Source: an uncultured Acidobacteriota bacterium (GTDB lineage: Bacteria > Acidobacteriota > Thermoanaerobaculia > UBA5066 > Gp7-AA6). From it: a stretch of DNA of 64,000 bases. Every line of letters starts with the position of its first letter. Within the stretch, counting starts at the first letter, position 1. A program made the position numbers and the translations under genes. This document shows, one piece after another, positions 49,578 to 60,153 of the stretch. A model generated the notes under the pieces. The model was not told the DNA's origin. It saw only the letters and a list, made by a program, of their open reading frames with translations, and searched no databases. The stretch covers positions 94,346 to 158,345 of the forward strand of contig CAWGSA010000002.1 of assembly GCA_963825175.1 (NCBI GenBank), read 5' to 3'.

Positions 49578-50714
49578 ATGCAGGACCGAAAGAAAGACTG
49601 GATCAATATTCTGTTTCTCTCGTTGACGCCGGTGATCGGCGTCCTGGGGACGGCGGCCTACGCCATCGCCTACGGAGTGCGCTGGTGGGAGCCCGCCCTC
49701 TTCTTCGTTCTCTTCGGCCTGGTGAGTTTCTCGGTCACCGCGGGATACCACCGCTGCTTCTCACACAAGAGCTACGTGTGCCACCCGGCGGTCCAGGCGT
49801 TCTACCTCTTCTTCGGAGCCATGGCCCTTCAGAACTCGGTCTTGAAGTGGTCCTCCGACCACCGCAACCATCATCGCTACGTCGACAAGGACTGGGATCC
49901 GTACAGCATCCGGCGCGGCGGGTTGTGGGCGCACGTCCTGTGGCTGTTCTATCTGGAGCCGGGCGAGCGGACCTATGAAAACGTTCCCGACCTGCAGGCC
50001 AACCGCCTGGTGCGGTGGCAGTTTCGGTGGAACAACTGGATCGGGATCCTGGCCGGTCTGGGGATCCCGACTCTGATCGGCGCCGCCTTCGGGCGGCCGT
50101 TGGGCGGCCTTCTGTGGGGCGGTTTTCTGCGGATCGTGCTCATCCACCACACCACGTTCATGGTCAATTCCGTGGCCCACCTGTGGGGGACCCGCCCGTA
50201 CACCGAGGAGAATTCCGCGCGCGACAACGGGCTGCTCGCGTTCGTCACCAACGGCGAGGGGTACCACAACTTCCACCATAAGTTCCCCTCCGACTTCCGC
50301 AACGGCGTGCGCTGGTACCAGTGGGATCCCACCAAGTGGCTGATCGCGGTCTTGAACCGCTCGGGCCTGGCCGGCGGCCTCCACAAGACCCCCTCGGCGG
50401 TGATCGAGAAGTCGCTTCTGCGCATGAAGCTCTCCAAGGCCGAGGCGCGGCTCGAGCGGATTCCGGCGGGGACCGCCGCGGCGATCCGCCCGCGGCTGGA
50501 GCGGGCCCAGCACGCGCTCGACCGCGCGGTCGAGCTGTGGCACGAGGTCGACGCCCGACGCCGCGAGCTCGTCGAGCGCGGGCGCACCGCTTCCGCCGAT
50601 CTGGCGCGTTCGTGGCGCGCCACGCTGGCCGAGTCGCGCGCGTCCTTCGCCGCGGCCCGGCGCGAGTGGCGCGAAGCGGCGCGCCTGCTGGCCCAGTTGC
50701 CGGAGGAAGCCTAG
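49578..50714 (+). CDS. acyl-CoA (delta-9-type) fatty acid desaturase
   Basis: Histidine boxes HRCFSH, HRNHH and HNFHH are present, with four TM helices. Confidence 0.9.
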   Translation: MQDRKKDWINILFLSLTPVIGVLGTAAYAIAYGVRWWEPALFFVLFGLVSFSVTAGYHRCFSHKSYVCHPAVQAFYLFFGAMALQNSVLKWSSDHRNHHRYVDKDWDPYSIRRGGLWAHVLWLFYLEPGERTYENVPDLQANRLVRWQFRWNNWIGILAGLGIPTLIGAAFGRPLGGLLWGGFLRIVLIHHTTFMVNSVAHLWGTRPYTEENSARDNGLLAFVTNGEGYHNFHHKFPSDFRNGVRWYQWDPTKWLIAVLNRSGLAGGLHKTPSAVIEKSLLRMKLSKAEARLERIPAGTAAAIRPRLERAQHALDRAVELWHEVDARRRELVERGRTASADLARSWRATLAESRASFAAARREWREAARLLAQLPEEA

Positions 50715-50729
50715 GAATCCGCCCGGCGC

Positions 50730-52076
50730 CTACCGGGGTCGCCGCAGCGGATGGGCCTCGGTGTTGAAGACAACGCCGTCGAAATCGAGCGCGTCGGGCG
50801 CAAACAACAGGTAGAGGTACTTGAGCGTCTCGGCCAGAAAGTAGCTCGGCATCGCGTCGCCCTTCTCCTTGGTCACCACGCTCTTCAAGACGGTGTACCC
50901 GTGTTCGGTGCGGCAGAACCGCACGATGTCCGTCAGGAACGTCCGGCCCATCTCGAGGTAGCGCGGATCCCTCGTGGCGTGAAAGAGGGTGTACGCGGAC
51001 TCGATGACCTCCGGACGAAGCGGATAGCCCGGTGAGAGGACGCGCATCGACCGGTAGTCGAGCTCTTCGGGCTCGATGCCGTGGAGCTTCCACATGCGAA
51101 ATGCGGATTCCTGGAGCCGCCGGGCTCGCGTCCGATCGCCGGAGAGGACGAGGACGGCCGGAAGGAACGCGTGCAGCGCGCCGTACGTCGTGGCCGTGCG
51201 CCGGCCGCTGTCCATGTCCGCCTGGCCGTACCACAGGCCGCCGGGGCCGTCGTCGGCGAGATACTTGTTTACCGCGCGCAGGCTCTCCCGGGCCATCTTC
51301 CCGCACTCGCGGTCGTCGAAGAGCCGCTCGCACTTGACCAGATATTCGTAGTAGGAATCGATGCCGCCGCCGACGTGGCTCGACCGCCCGGTCCACGCGC
51401 CGGTCTCCACGTTGATCTCCTCGCCCACCAGGCCGATCTTCGACCGGCGGGAGAAGAGAGCGCCGAGCGCCTTCCTGGCCTTCTCCAGAAACACGCCCTT
51501 TCCGGTCTCGCGCGACAGCGTGCCGAACTCGAGCACCAGCGTCCCGATCTCCGCAGGGTTGGAGATGGCGCCGCGGGTCTGGCCGGTCCTCAGGTTGACG
51601 TACATGTAAGGCATTCCAGTCGGCGAATCGAAGGCCGGCAGCAGACGGCGGCCCAGATCCTCGGCCAGGGCCAGGAGCCTCCGGTCGCCGGTCATCTGGT
51701 AGGAGGAGAGGAGGCCGCCGAGGAGGCGAATCGTGATCTCGAAGTTCTTGACCGAGACGTCCCTGTCGAAAGAGAGGTTGGCCACGATCGCCGCGCGGGT
51801 CTTGTCGGCCTCGTCTTTGAGGCCCATCAGGAGCATCGTGTCCAGGGCGTCGACCGGAGTCATCCACAGGCTCTGCCCGTACCAGTCGTGGAAGCCGCCG
51901 CTCTCGGGAGAGAGCTCGTCGTGTCCCCACGCGTACCGCTCGTAGCCTCGCCACGAATGCAGGAATTCCGCGCGCACCCGCGCGGCGAGCGCCGGGCTGT
52001 CGATGGGCGCACCTGCCTCGGCGCCGCCGATTGCCGGCGCGAGGAACATCCAGACGATCACGAACGCGCGGCGCAT
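50730..52076 (-). CDS. glycoside hydrolase family 47 (class I alpha-1,2-mannosidase-like), secreted
   Basis: MRRAFVIVWMFLAPAIGGAEA signal. GH47 blocks: NFEITIRLLGGLLSSY, EFGTLSRETG, GGGIDSYYEYLVK, TYGALHAFLPAV, MPSYFLAETLKYLYLLF. The 637-aa track ORF is an upstream read-through. Confidence 0.8.
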   Translation of the reverse strand: MRRAFVIVWMFLAPAIGGAEAGAPIDSPALAARVRAEFLHSWRGYERYAWGHDELSPESGGFHDWYGQSLWMTPVDALDTMLLMGLKDEADKTRAAIVANLSFDRDVSVKNFEITIRLLGGLLSSYQMTGDRRLLALAEDLGRRLLPAFDSPTGMPYMYVNLRTGQTRGAISNPAEIGTLVLEFGTLSRETGKGVFLEKARKALGALFSRRSKIGLVGEEINVETGAWTGRSSHVGGGIDSYYEYLVKCERLFDDRECGKMARESLRAVNKYLADDGPGGLWYGQADMDSGRRTATTYGALHAFLPAVLVLSGDRTRARRLQESAFRMWKLHGIEPEELDYRSMRVLSPGYPLRPEVIESAYTLFHATRDPRYLEMGRTFLTDIVRFCRTEHGYTVLKSVVTKEKGDAMPSYFLAETLKYLYLLFAPDALDFDGVVFNTEAHPLRRPR

Positions 52077-52096
52077 TTCTCCCCGGCCTCGACGGT

Positions 52097-53467
52097 CTAA
52101 GGATCTGACGGACGGGCCTCGACGCGCATGATCGGGCCTCCATCCGGGCGCAGCGTGATCGAGGGGAACGGGACGGGATCGGGCCCCGCCATCACCAGAC
52201 GGAACCGGCGAAGGATCGTGGCCAGCACCAGCACCGCCTCCATCATCGCGAATCGTTCGCCGATGCAGATCCGGGGGCCGCCGCCGAAGGGGATGTAGGC
52301 GTACTTTGGAACCTTCGCCGCGCCGCCGTCGAGCCAGCGCTCCGGGCGAAACGCGTCGGGCTCGGGAAACCAGCGTGGATCGCGGTGAAGGACCCAGGGC
52401 GAAAAATAGATCGTAGCGCGCGCGGGAACGTGAAAATCCCCGATGATGCAGTCGGCGAGCGCCTCCCGGCCGATCACATAGGCGGGGGGATAGAGGCGCA
52501 GCGATTCCTTCACCACCGCCTCGGTGTACGGAAGGCGAGGCAAATCGGACAGGCCGGGGAGCCGATGGCCCACGGCCGTGGCGACCTCGCGGAGGAGGCG
52601 GCCCTCGACCTCCGGATTGCGAGCCAGGAGAAAAAACGTCCACGACAGCGCAATCGCGGTCGTCTCGTGCCCGGCCAGGAAGAGCGTGATGAGCTCGTCG
52701 CGGAGCTGCTTGTCGGACATCGGGCGGCCGTCGTCATCCCGCGCCGCGAGAAGCATGGAGAGAAGATCCCCGCGGTCTCCGGGCCGGACCCGGCGCTCGG
52801 CCAGGACGCGGGCGATGATGCGGTCGAGCGTCCGGACGCCGCGTCGGTAGCGCAGGTTTCCGGGGGTGGGGATCGCGTCGGGGATGCGCACGGGCCGGCG
52901 AAAGCGGCCGGCGATCTCTCGGATGATCTGATCGAAGGAGCGCCCGATCTCTTCCACGTCCTCTTCGACCTCGGCGTCGAAAAGCGTCTTGGCGACGATC
53001 TCCATGGTCAGGCGCATCATGGCCCGGTGGACGTCCCGGACTTCTCCGTCCTGCCACCCGGCGGCGGCGCGGTCGGCATACGCGGCCATCACGCCTCCGT
53101 ACGCCGCGACGCGATCGGGATGAAAGGCCGGGGCCGCGAGCCGGCGCTGCCGAAGCCAGAACTCTCCTTCGCTCGTCAAGAGCCCGTTGCCGAAGATCGC
53201 GGTGACGTGGCGCCAGAAGAAACTGTGTTTGACGAAATTGGCGCGCTGCGTCAGAAGCACCGTCTCGATGTCCCGAGGACTCTGGAGGAGAAAGATCTCG
53301 TACCCCGGGATGCGAAAGCGGACGAAATCCCCGTACTCGCGCACGCAGCCCGTCAGGAAGCCGAGAACATCGCCGGCGAAATCGGGGAGGCTGCCGAGCA
53401 GGAATCGTCCGCGCGGTCCCGGGGGCTGCGTCGAGGTGGTTTCTTCCTCCCGGGTGGAGCGCCTCAT
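52097..53467 (-). CDS. cytochrome P450
   Basis: Heme-binding loop FGGGPRICIGERFA. I-helix LFLAGHETT. ExxR ESLRLYPP. Confidence 0.9.
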   Translation of the reverse strand: MRRSTREEETTSTQPPGPRGRFLLGSLPDFAGDVLGFLTGCVREYGDFVRFRIPGYEIFLLQSPRDIETVLLTQRANFVKHSFFWRHVTAIFGNGLLTSEGEFWLRQRRLAAPAFHPDRVAAYGGVMAAYADRAAAGWQDGEVRDVHRAMMRLTMEIVAKTLFDAEVEEDVEEIGRSFDQIIREIAGRFRRPVRIPDAIPTPGNLRYRRGVRTLDRIIARVLAERRVRPGDRGDLLSMLLAARDDDGRPMSDKQLRDELITLFLAGHETTAIALSWTFFLLARNPEVEGRLLREVATAVGHRLPGLSDLPRLPYTEAVVKESLRLYPPAYVIGREALADCIIGDFHVPARATIYFSPWVLHRDPRWFPEPDAFRPERWLDGGAAKVPKYAYIPFGGGPRICIGERFAMMEAVLVLATILRRFRLVMAGPDPVPFPSITLRPDGGPIMRVEARPSDP

Positions 53468-53480
53468 GACCCGCGGGATC

Positions 53481-53933
53481 CTATCGCGTGGCGCCTCGAT
53501 CGACAGGTGCCCCGGCTCGCTCGAGCCATTGCTTCATCTCATCGCTGCGAGCGACGCCGGCCTGCTGAAAGAGGAGCCGTCCACCCTTGAGCACGGCGAA
53601 GTTGGGAATGCTCTGCACGGCGAACTCGGCGGCGAGCTCTGGGTAGCGCTCCGTGTCCACTTTCAGCACCAGCGCCCGACCGGCCATTTCCGCGGCGGTG
53701 CGCTCGACTTCGGGAGCCGCCATCTTGCACGGGCCGCACCACGCGGCCCAGAAGTCGACGAGGACCGGCACGTTCGCGCCGCGCGTGATCTCGCCGAAGG
53801 TCTCGGGGTCGGCGTCGATCGGCCGGGACGGCGGAGAGACTTGCGTCTTGCACGCGCCGCAGCGCCCCTCCTGGTCCAGCCGCTCTGCCGGCGAGCGGTT
53901 CTTCCTGCCGCAGGACGGACACACGAGAATCAT
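53481..53933 (-). CDS. trxC: thioredoxin 2-type (N-terminal zinc-finger + Trx fold)
   Basis: CPSCGRKNRSP...CGACK (two CxxC pairs), then a Trx fold with WCGPC. Confidence 0.85.
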   Translation of the reverse strand: MILVCPSCGRKNRSPAERLDQEGRCGACKTQVSPPSRPIDADPETFGEITRGANVPVLVDFWAAWCGPCKMAAPEVERTAAEMAGRALVLKVDTERYPELAAEFAVQSIPNFAVLKGGRLLFQQAGVARSDEMKQWLERAGAPVDRGATR

Positions 53934-54028
53934 GGCTTCCTCCCTCCGGAGCGGTGCGGGAAAGCGGCCGGGATCCGCCCGCCGCGGTAGGATGAGCGCG
54001 AGCGTCCCTTCATTCCGGACTTGCCGCC

Positions 54029-54773
54029 ATGCGCATCGCGCTTCTGACCGACGTGCTCGCCAACCTCGAAGCGCTCTCGGCGTGCGTGGCGCATGCCGGG
54101 CGCCATGGAGCGGAGCAGTTCGCGTTCCTCGGCGATCATGTCGGCTACGGCGCGGACCCCGCTCCGGTCGTCGATGTCATCCGGGAGCGGGTCCAGAGAG
54201 GCGCCATCGCCGTGCTCGGAAACCATGACCTGGCCGTGGCCGAGGAAACGGGCCGGCCGATGCAGGAGGACGCGCGTCGCGTCGTCGACTGGACCCGGGG
54301 GCGTCTCGACGCGGGGCAGATCGAATTCCTGCGGCGTCTTCCAGTGCAGGTGGAGGCCGAGGGCCGCCTGTACGTGCACGCCAACGCCTGGGCTCCCGGC
54401 GGCTGGGAGTACATCAACGGAACGGTCGAGGCCGGCCGGAGCATCCGGGCGACGCGCTGTCGGACGACCTTCTGTGGACACGTCCATGACCCCCACGCTC
54501 TACCACATGACGGCTGGAGGCCGTGTCCTGGGATTTCGTCCCGTTCCCGGCACGGGAATCCCGCTGGGTCCGCGGCGGCGCTGGCTGGCGATCCCCGGCT
54601 CGGCGGGCCAGCCGCGCGACGGAAATCCGGCTGCGAGCTACGCCCTGTTCGACGCCGCTCGCGACGTGCTCACCTATTTTCGAGTGCCTTACGATCACGA
54701 GACCGCGGCTCGCAAGGTGCATGCCGCCGGTCTTCCCGCGAGCCTCGGTCTGCGCCTGAAGGTCGGGTCGTGA
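54029..54773 (+). CDS. calcineurin-like metallophosphoesterase; one frame disruption near 54490
   Basis: MRIALLTDVLANLEAL...FLGDHVGYGADP...VLGNHD...FCGHVH. The protein continues in the adjacent frame (TPTLYHMTAGGRVLGFRPVPGTGIPLG...YFRVPYDHE) to the stop at 54773. Confidence 0.7.
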
Positions 54774-54774
54774 C

Positions 54775-56196
54775 GTGACCGCCCCTCATTTCCAGGGCGG
54801 CATGGTCGTCGACGGGTTTTGCCTGGAGGAGAAGATCCACCAGGGAAGCATGTCCTCGCTCTGGCGCGTCACCCGCGAGGAGGAGACTGCGCCTCTGGTG
54901 ATGAAAATCCCTCTCCTTCGCGATTTCGACGATCCCGCGGCGATCGTGGGCTTCGAGGTCGAGCAGATGATCCTCCCGGTCCTCTCCGGCCCCCACGTCC
55001 CACGCTTCATCGCGGCGGGCGACTGAGCGGTGCAGCCTTACATCGTCATGGAGCTGATCGCCGGAACATCCTTGCGGGCGCGGCTGGCCGAGGCTCCGCT
55101 GACCCCTTCGGATCTGTCGTCGTTGGGGGCAAGGATCGCGTTCGCTCTTCACGATCTGCATCGCCAGCACGTCATCCATCTGGACGTGAAGCCGAGCAAC
55201 GTCATGTTTCGGGAGAGCGGCGAGGCGGTGCTGATCGACTTCGGGCTCTCGCGCCACGACCGCCTGCCCGACCTTCTGGCGGAGGAATTCCACCTCCCGA
55301 TGGGCACTGGACCGTACATCTCTCCCGAGCAGATTCGCTCGGTGCGCAACGAGCCGCGCAGCGACCTCTTTGCGCTCGGCGTCGTGCTCTACTATCTGGC
55401 GACCGCCGTCCGCCCCTTCGGCAACCCGACAACCCAGCGCGGACTTCGCCAGCGTCTCTATCGGGACGCCATCCCTCCCCCCGCGCGAACGCCGAGCATC
55501 CCGCCGTGGCTGCAGGAAATCATCCTGCGCTGCCTGGAAATCGACGCGCGCGATCGCTACGACACGGCCGCGCAGCTGGCCTTCGAGCTGCAGCATCCCG
55601 AGCAGGTTCGTCTCACGGGGCGAGCTCAGAGGATGACTCGCGATCCGTGGACCGAAGTGTGGAGGCGGCGTTGGCGCGGTCTGGGCGCGGAGCCCGACGA
55701 CCTGCAGTCCGCCTCCGGGCAACTGGCCAAGGCGCCCATCATCGTGGTGGCCGTGGACCTGACCCAGGAATCCGCGGCGCTGACGGACGCGATGCGACTG
55801 GCGGCGCGCCGCGTCCTTCAAACGGAGTCCGGCGCGCGCCTGGCCTGCGTGACCGTGCTGAAGACCTCGCGAATCGGAATGGATATTCAGGTCGATGGGG
55901 AGGGGCGCAACCTGCACGTGCGGCGCTTGATCGAGTTGAAGCACTGGGCGCGGCCCCTGGGCATCCCGCCAGCCAAGATCACCTACCACGTGCTGGCCGC
56001 TCCCGATCCCGGAGCGGCGATCATCGAGTTCGGACGGGCCAATCACGTCGATCAGATCGTCATCGGATCGCGCGGAAGCTCGACCCTGCGCCGCTATCTG
56101 GGCAGCGTTTCCGCGCAGGTCGTGGCCCAGGCCGACTGCACGGTCACCGTTGTCCGGGCCGGTTCGGGTGGCCTGGAGGCCCATGAAGACACATGA
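54775..56196 (+). CDS. Ser/Thr protein kinase fused to a C-terminal universal-stress-protein (UspA) domain; contains an in-frame TGA at 55024-55026
   Basis: N-lobe: GGMVVDGFCLEEKIHQGSMSSLWRV...LVMKIP...RFIAAGD, then TGA. It continues AVQPYIVMELIAGTSL...HRQHVIHLDVKPSNVMF (catalytic loop), LIDFGLS (DFG), GTGPYISPEQ (APE-like). The UspA domain follows (APIIVVAVDLTQESAA...IVIGSRGSSTLRRYLGSVSAQVVAQADCTVTVV). Confidence 0.75.
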
Positions 56197-56397
56197 AGGG
56201 CCGTCGTTCCGGCCCGACCCGTCTCCAGCGGGGTGCGGATTTCTGTCAGCCCCCGGAATCGCCCCTGCAAGTGGTTGGCTCCTCCAAGGGTGGTCGGCGG
56301 ACGTAAGTGCATGAAACGAAAGATCGGCAAAACCTGGCAGGAACCTTGAGAAGAAACCTCCGCCAGCTCAGAGTGTGCAGAGATCGCAGGAGGGTCG

Positions 56398-58569
56398 GTG
56401 GCGGCCGATTTCGACGAAGTTGCCGAAGCGGATGAAAGACGGGAACAGGAAGGCTCCTCGGTGAGCCCGCCGGACCACCCTCTGTGGAAAGCGCTGCCCG
56501 GCGGCGCGGGCGCGGAGGGCAGCGGAGAGCCGTCGGTGGAGCTGCTGCGCGACCAGAGCCCCGCGCTGGAGTTCCTCAAGGACGAGAGCGGACGCCTGGT
56601 CTACTGCAACCGCGCCTTCGTGAACAACTTCGCTTCCGAGGGGCAGTCGCTCCTGGGAAAGACCGACTCGGAGTGGCTGCCGGCCGACGTCGCCGAGCGC
56701 GTTCGGATGTCGGACCAGACGGTTCTGGCGACCGGCGCGGTGCTGGAAGTGGAAGAGGCTCTGCCGACGCCGGCGGGCATGCGCCACTGGCTGGTCCTGA
56801 AGTTTCCGCTGCGCAGCGATTCGGGCCGGCACCTTCTGGGCAACGTGGCGGTCGACATCAGCCAGCGGCGGCGCCGCGAGGCCACTCTGGCCCGGATGGC
56901 AGCGATCATGGAATCGTCGCACGACGCCGTCATCGCCACGACTCCCGACGGCCGTGTCATCAGCTGGAACCCCGGCGCGACCCGGATGTACGGCTACACC
57001 GCCTCGGAAATGGAAGGCCGTTCCATCCGCGTCCTCGAGCCCCCGCATCTGCGGGGCGGAATCCAGGACGTTCTCGAGCGCATCGCCGGGGGAGAGACCG
57101 TCGTCCGTTATGAAACCACACGCATGCGCAAGGACGGCGAGAGCGTCGAGGTCGCGGTGTCGGCGTCTCCCATCCGCGACGAGCAGGGAACGCTGACCGG
57201 CGTGGCGTCGATCGCGCGCGACATCGGCGACCGCAAGCGCGCCGAGGAGCTGATCGCCTTCCAGGCGTTTCACGATCCCCTGACGGCTCTACCCAACCGC
57301 GCCCTTCTCATGGAGCGCCTGAATCTGTGCGTGGCCCGGGCCCGGCGCACGGGGAAGCTTCTGGCGCTTCTCTTCCTCGATCTGGACCTGTTCAAGACGG
57401 TCAACGACGTGTTCGGTCACACCGCCGGCGACACGATCTTCCAGGAGGTCGCGCGCCGTCTCTCCCTCTGCGTGCGCGAGGGCGACACCGTGGCGCGCGC
57501 CGGGGGAGACGAGTTCATCGTTCTCCTGCCGGAGATCGCCAGCGCCGACGACGCGGTGACGGTGGCGCGCAAGCTGCTGGAGGCGATCGGCCAGCCCTTC
57601 TCGATCGGAAGCAAGCGCGTCGACCTGACGACCTCGATCGGAATTTCGCTCTACCCCGACGACGGACAAGACGCCGAAGCCCTGCTGCGCAGCGCCGACA
57701 ACGCCATGTGGCAGGCCAAGGAGCGCGGGCGGAACAACTTTCAGTTGAGCATTCCGGAGCTGACCGAGGAAGCGGCCCGCAGGCTCACCCTCCAGGCCGG
57801 ACTGCGGCAGGCGATTCAACGCAACGAGCTCGTCCTTCACTACCAGCCGGTCTTGTCGCTGACCAGCGGCCGGATCATCGAGCTGGAAGCGCTGGTGCGG
57901 TGGCAGCACCCGGAGAAGGGGCTGGTGATGCCCGGCGACTTCATCGACGTCGCGGAGAAGGCTGGAATGATGGTGCCCCTCGGGCAATGGGTTCTGAACA
58001 ACGCCACGCGGCAGGTGCGCAGCTGGCAGAACATGGGCCTTCCGGACCTGCGGGTGGCGATCAATCTGTCGCCCAGCCAGTTTCACGAGAGAAATCTCGT
58101 CGGCACCGTCCAGCGCGCGCTGTCGGATTCGGATTTGAAGCCGCCGTCGCTGGAAATCGAGATCACCGAGGGCGTGGCCATGGAGGACGCCGACGTGACC
58201 GTCGCCAACCTGCTCGCGCTGCGCGATCTGGACGTGGGGGTGTCGATCGACGATTTCGGCACCGGTTACTCCTCCCTCTCGTACCTGAAGCGGTTTCCGG
58301 TCACCACGCTCAAGATCGACCGCTCCTTCGTCAGCGACGTGGTCAGCAATTCGGCCGACGCCGGCATCGTGCGCGCGGTGGTGGCTATGGCGCACGGCTT
58401 GAAGTTGAACGTCATCGCCGAAGGCGTGGAAACCCACGAGCAGTTCGCCTATCTGCGCAATAATGGCTGCGACGCTCTTCAGGGCTACTGGTTCTCCCGC
58501 CCCCTTCCGGTCGAGGCGGTGGACAAGCTCCTGGCCGAGGAGCTCGACCGCTGGACGCCGCGCGCGTAA
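56398..58569 (+). CDS. PAS/PAC-sensor diguanylate cyclase/phosphodiesterase (PAS-PAS-GGDEF-EAL)
   Basis: Two PAS blocks. [11 protein letters not shown] is a GGDEF domain with an intact GGDEF motif. The EAL domain ([20 protein letters not shown]...[17 protein letters not shown]...) is intact. Confidence 0.9.
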   Translation: MAADFDEVAEADERREQEGSSVSPPDHPLWKALPGGAGAEGSGEPSVELLRDQSPALEFLKDESGRLVYCNRAFVNNFASEGQSLLGKTDSEWLPADVAERVRMSDQTVLATGAVLEVEEALPTPAGMRHWLVLKFPLRSDSGRHLLGNVAVDISQRRRREATLARMAAIMESSHDAVIATTPDGRVISWNPGATRMYGYTASEMEGRSIRVLEPPHLRGGIQDVLERIAGGETVVRYETTRMRKDGESVEVAVSASPIRDEQGTLTGVASIARDIGDRKRAEELIAFQAFHDPLTALPNRALLMERLNLCVARARRTGKLLALLFLDLDLFKTVNDVFGHTAGDTIFQEVARRLSLCVREGDTVARAGGDEFIVLLPEIASADDAVTVARKLLEAIGQPFSIGSKRVDLTTSIGISLYPDDGQDAEALLRSADNAMWQAKERGRNNFQLSIPELTEEAARRLTLQAGLRQAIQRNELVLHYQPVLSLTSGRIIELEALVRWQHPEKGLVMPGDFIDVAEKAGMMVPLGQWVLNNATRQVRSWQNMGLPDLRVAINLSPSQFHERNLVGTVQRALSDSDLKPPSLEIEITEGVAMEDADVTVANLLALRDLDVGVSIDDFGTGYSSLSYLKRFPVTTLKIDRSFVSDVVSNSADAGIVRAVVAMAHGLKLNVIAEGVETHEQFAYLRNNGCDALQGYWFSRPLPVEAVDKLLAEELDRWTPRA

Positions 58570-58786
58570 CCGTCGCCTCCGCTGCGCGAGCGATCTGCGC
58601 CCTCCGGGGCGCACCGGCGTTTGGCTCGCCCGAAGGGGCTCGACCAAACGCCTGATCGCTCGCTGCGCTCTCGCTCCCGCGACGCGCGCCTCCTCCTTCG
58701 CTTTCGCTCAGGAGATGACGCGCGCCGCGAACCGGGGCGATGACTTGTCACCGGCGATCGCCGGCCGTCGCGTGCGGCCGGGGGGC

Positions 58787-59980
58787 TCAGTGGATACCGA
58801 GAAAGCGAGCCACTTCCGGGTAGACCTTGCACGTGTTGAATACGACCATTCTCTGGGCCCAGTAGACCGAGCCGGCGGCCAGGAAGGGAAAGAGCCATCG
58901 GAAGGGCGCGGTGGAGATCAGGTCTTCGAAGCCCAGCACCAGGGCGAATGGCAGGAACGCGAAGGAGTAGCGGAACGTGTCGCCGGAGAGGAGAGAGACG
59001 AACGCGAATTGCACGAGACAATAGACGAAGGTCGGTTGGAACTTCCTCAACCGCACGATTCCCCACAGGGAGAGAAACGACAGCAGCAGATAGAACTCGG
59101 CCTCCGTGCCGGGCCAGCTGTTGATCAGCCGTCCCAGATGCGAGAACGGAAGCGGTGTCGCCAGCAGCTCGAGGTTTCGGTCGACCGCGCCGAAGACCTC
59201 GCCGTAGCGTTGGATGAAGGTCCATGCGTACAGGGCGGGGGCAATCGGGATCAGGGCGAGCCATAGCCATTTGCGCAGCGGCACGCCGCGGCGGTAAAGG
59301 ATCCAGGCGTAGGCGGGAATGATCAGCAACCCGACGAAGCGGGTTGCGGACGCCACCGCGGCGGCCATGCTCGCGCGACCCAGGCGCCCGCGCTCGAAGA
59401 AATAGAGGGACGCCAGGACCGCCGCGAGGAACAGCGGATCGGACGCGCCGACGGAGTGGTAGAGCAGCCATCGGGGCGGCACGAAGAGAAAGACCAGGGT
59501 CAGGAAGCCCGGCCTGCGGCAGTTCCAGACCTCGGACGCCAGCTTGTAGAAGTACCAGGTCGCGACACCAGTCGAAAGGAGGGTCGCCAGAAGGAGCGCG
59601 TGGTCGTACCCGGCGAACGCGAGAATCCGTACGAGCATCGGATAGCCGGGAAGGTGGCTGGCGTAAAACGGAGGCTTGGTCGAATCGGAGGCGAGCGGAT
59701 TGCCGGCCCGCACCTGGTAGAAATCGTGCGCGATGATCATATAGCTCGGTCCGTCCCAGAACGCATAAAGGGGCTGCGTGTTGTGGCGGTACGGGAGATA
59801 AACGAGGATCGAGCTGCCCACAGAGGCCAGGAGCAGAAGCAACGGAATCCGCAGATCGGGCCGGCGACCGGAGGACTCCGCTGACCTCGAGCTGCTCTCC
59901 ACTGTCTCGCTCCTTCGGAAAGACGAGGCGCCTCGACGAACCCGTCTCCCGGCGAAACGTTCTCGTTGCTCACGGATCAA
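58787..59980 (-). CDS. polytopic membrane protein, possibly a GT-C-type (mannosyltransferase-like) glycosyltransferase
   Basis: 397-aa ORF with ~10 predicted TM helices and Tyr/Trp-rich loops (YASHLPGYPMLVRILAFAGY...). This resembles DUF2029/GT87-type membrane glycosyltransferases. The start is uncertain; there is no internal ATG near the 5' end. Confidence 0.45.
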   Translation of the reverse strand: MIREQRERFAGRRVRRGASSFRRSETVESSSRSAESSGRRPDLRIPLLLLLASVGSSILVYLPYRHNTQPLYAFWDGPSYMIIAHDFYQVRAGNPLASDSTKPPFYASHLPGYPMLVRILAFAGYDHALLLATLLSTGVATWYFYKLASEVWNCRRPGFLTLVFLFVPPRWLLYHSVGASDPLFLAAVLASLYFFERGRLGRASMAAAVASATRFVGLLIIPAYAWILYRRGVPLRKWLWLALIPIAPALYAWTFIQRYGEVFGAVDRNLELLATPLPFSHLGRLINSWPGTEAEFYLLLSFLSLWGIVRLRKFQPTFVYCLVQFAFVSLLSGDTFRYSFAFLPFALVLGFEDLISTAPFRWLFPFLAAGSVYWAQRMVVFNTCKVYPEVARFLGIH

Positions 59981-60153
59981 CGTCAGCCCGCCGAGGTTGA
60001 CCCCGGGCGCAGGAGGCTTCTCCGGGTGAGAGATCGAGAGCGAGTCGTTCGGCTTGGCGCCAGTCGATCACGGGAGATGCGTGGTGTCAAGAATTCCGCC
60101 CGCGCGCCCGATGCCGTCGACCGAAGTGCCGTCTTCCGCTTAGAATCGGCGGC

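Noticed and set aside
55024-55100. Selenocysteine incorporation at the kinase TGA
   Set aside because: No stable SECIS-like stem-loop is obvious directly downstream, and no selA/selB/selD genes lie in the window. A kinase hinge is not a known selenoprotein context. This is kept only as a low-probability alternative in the findings.
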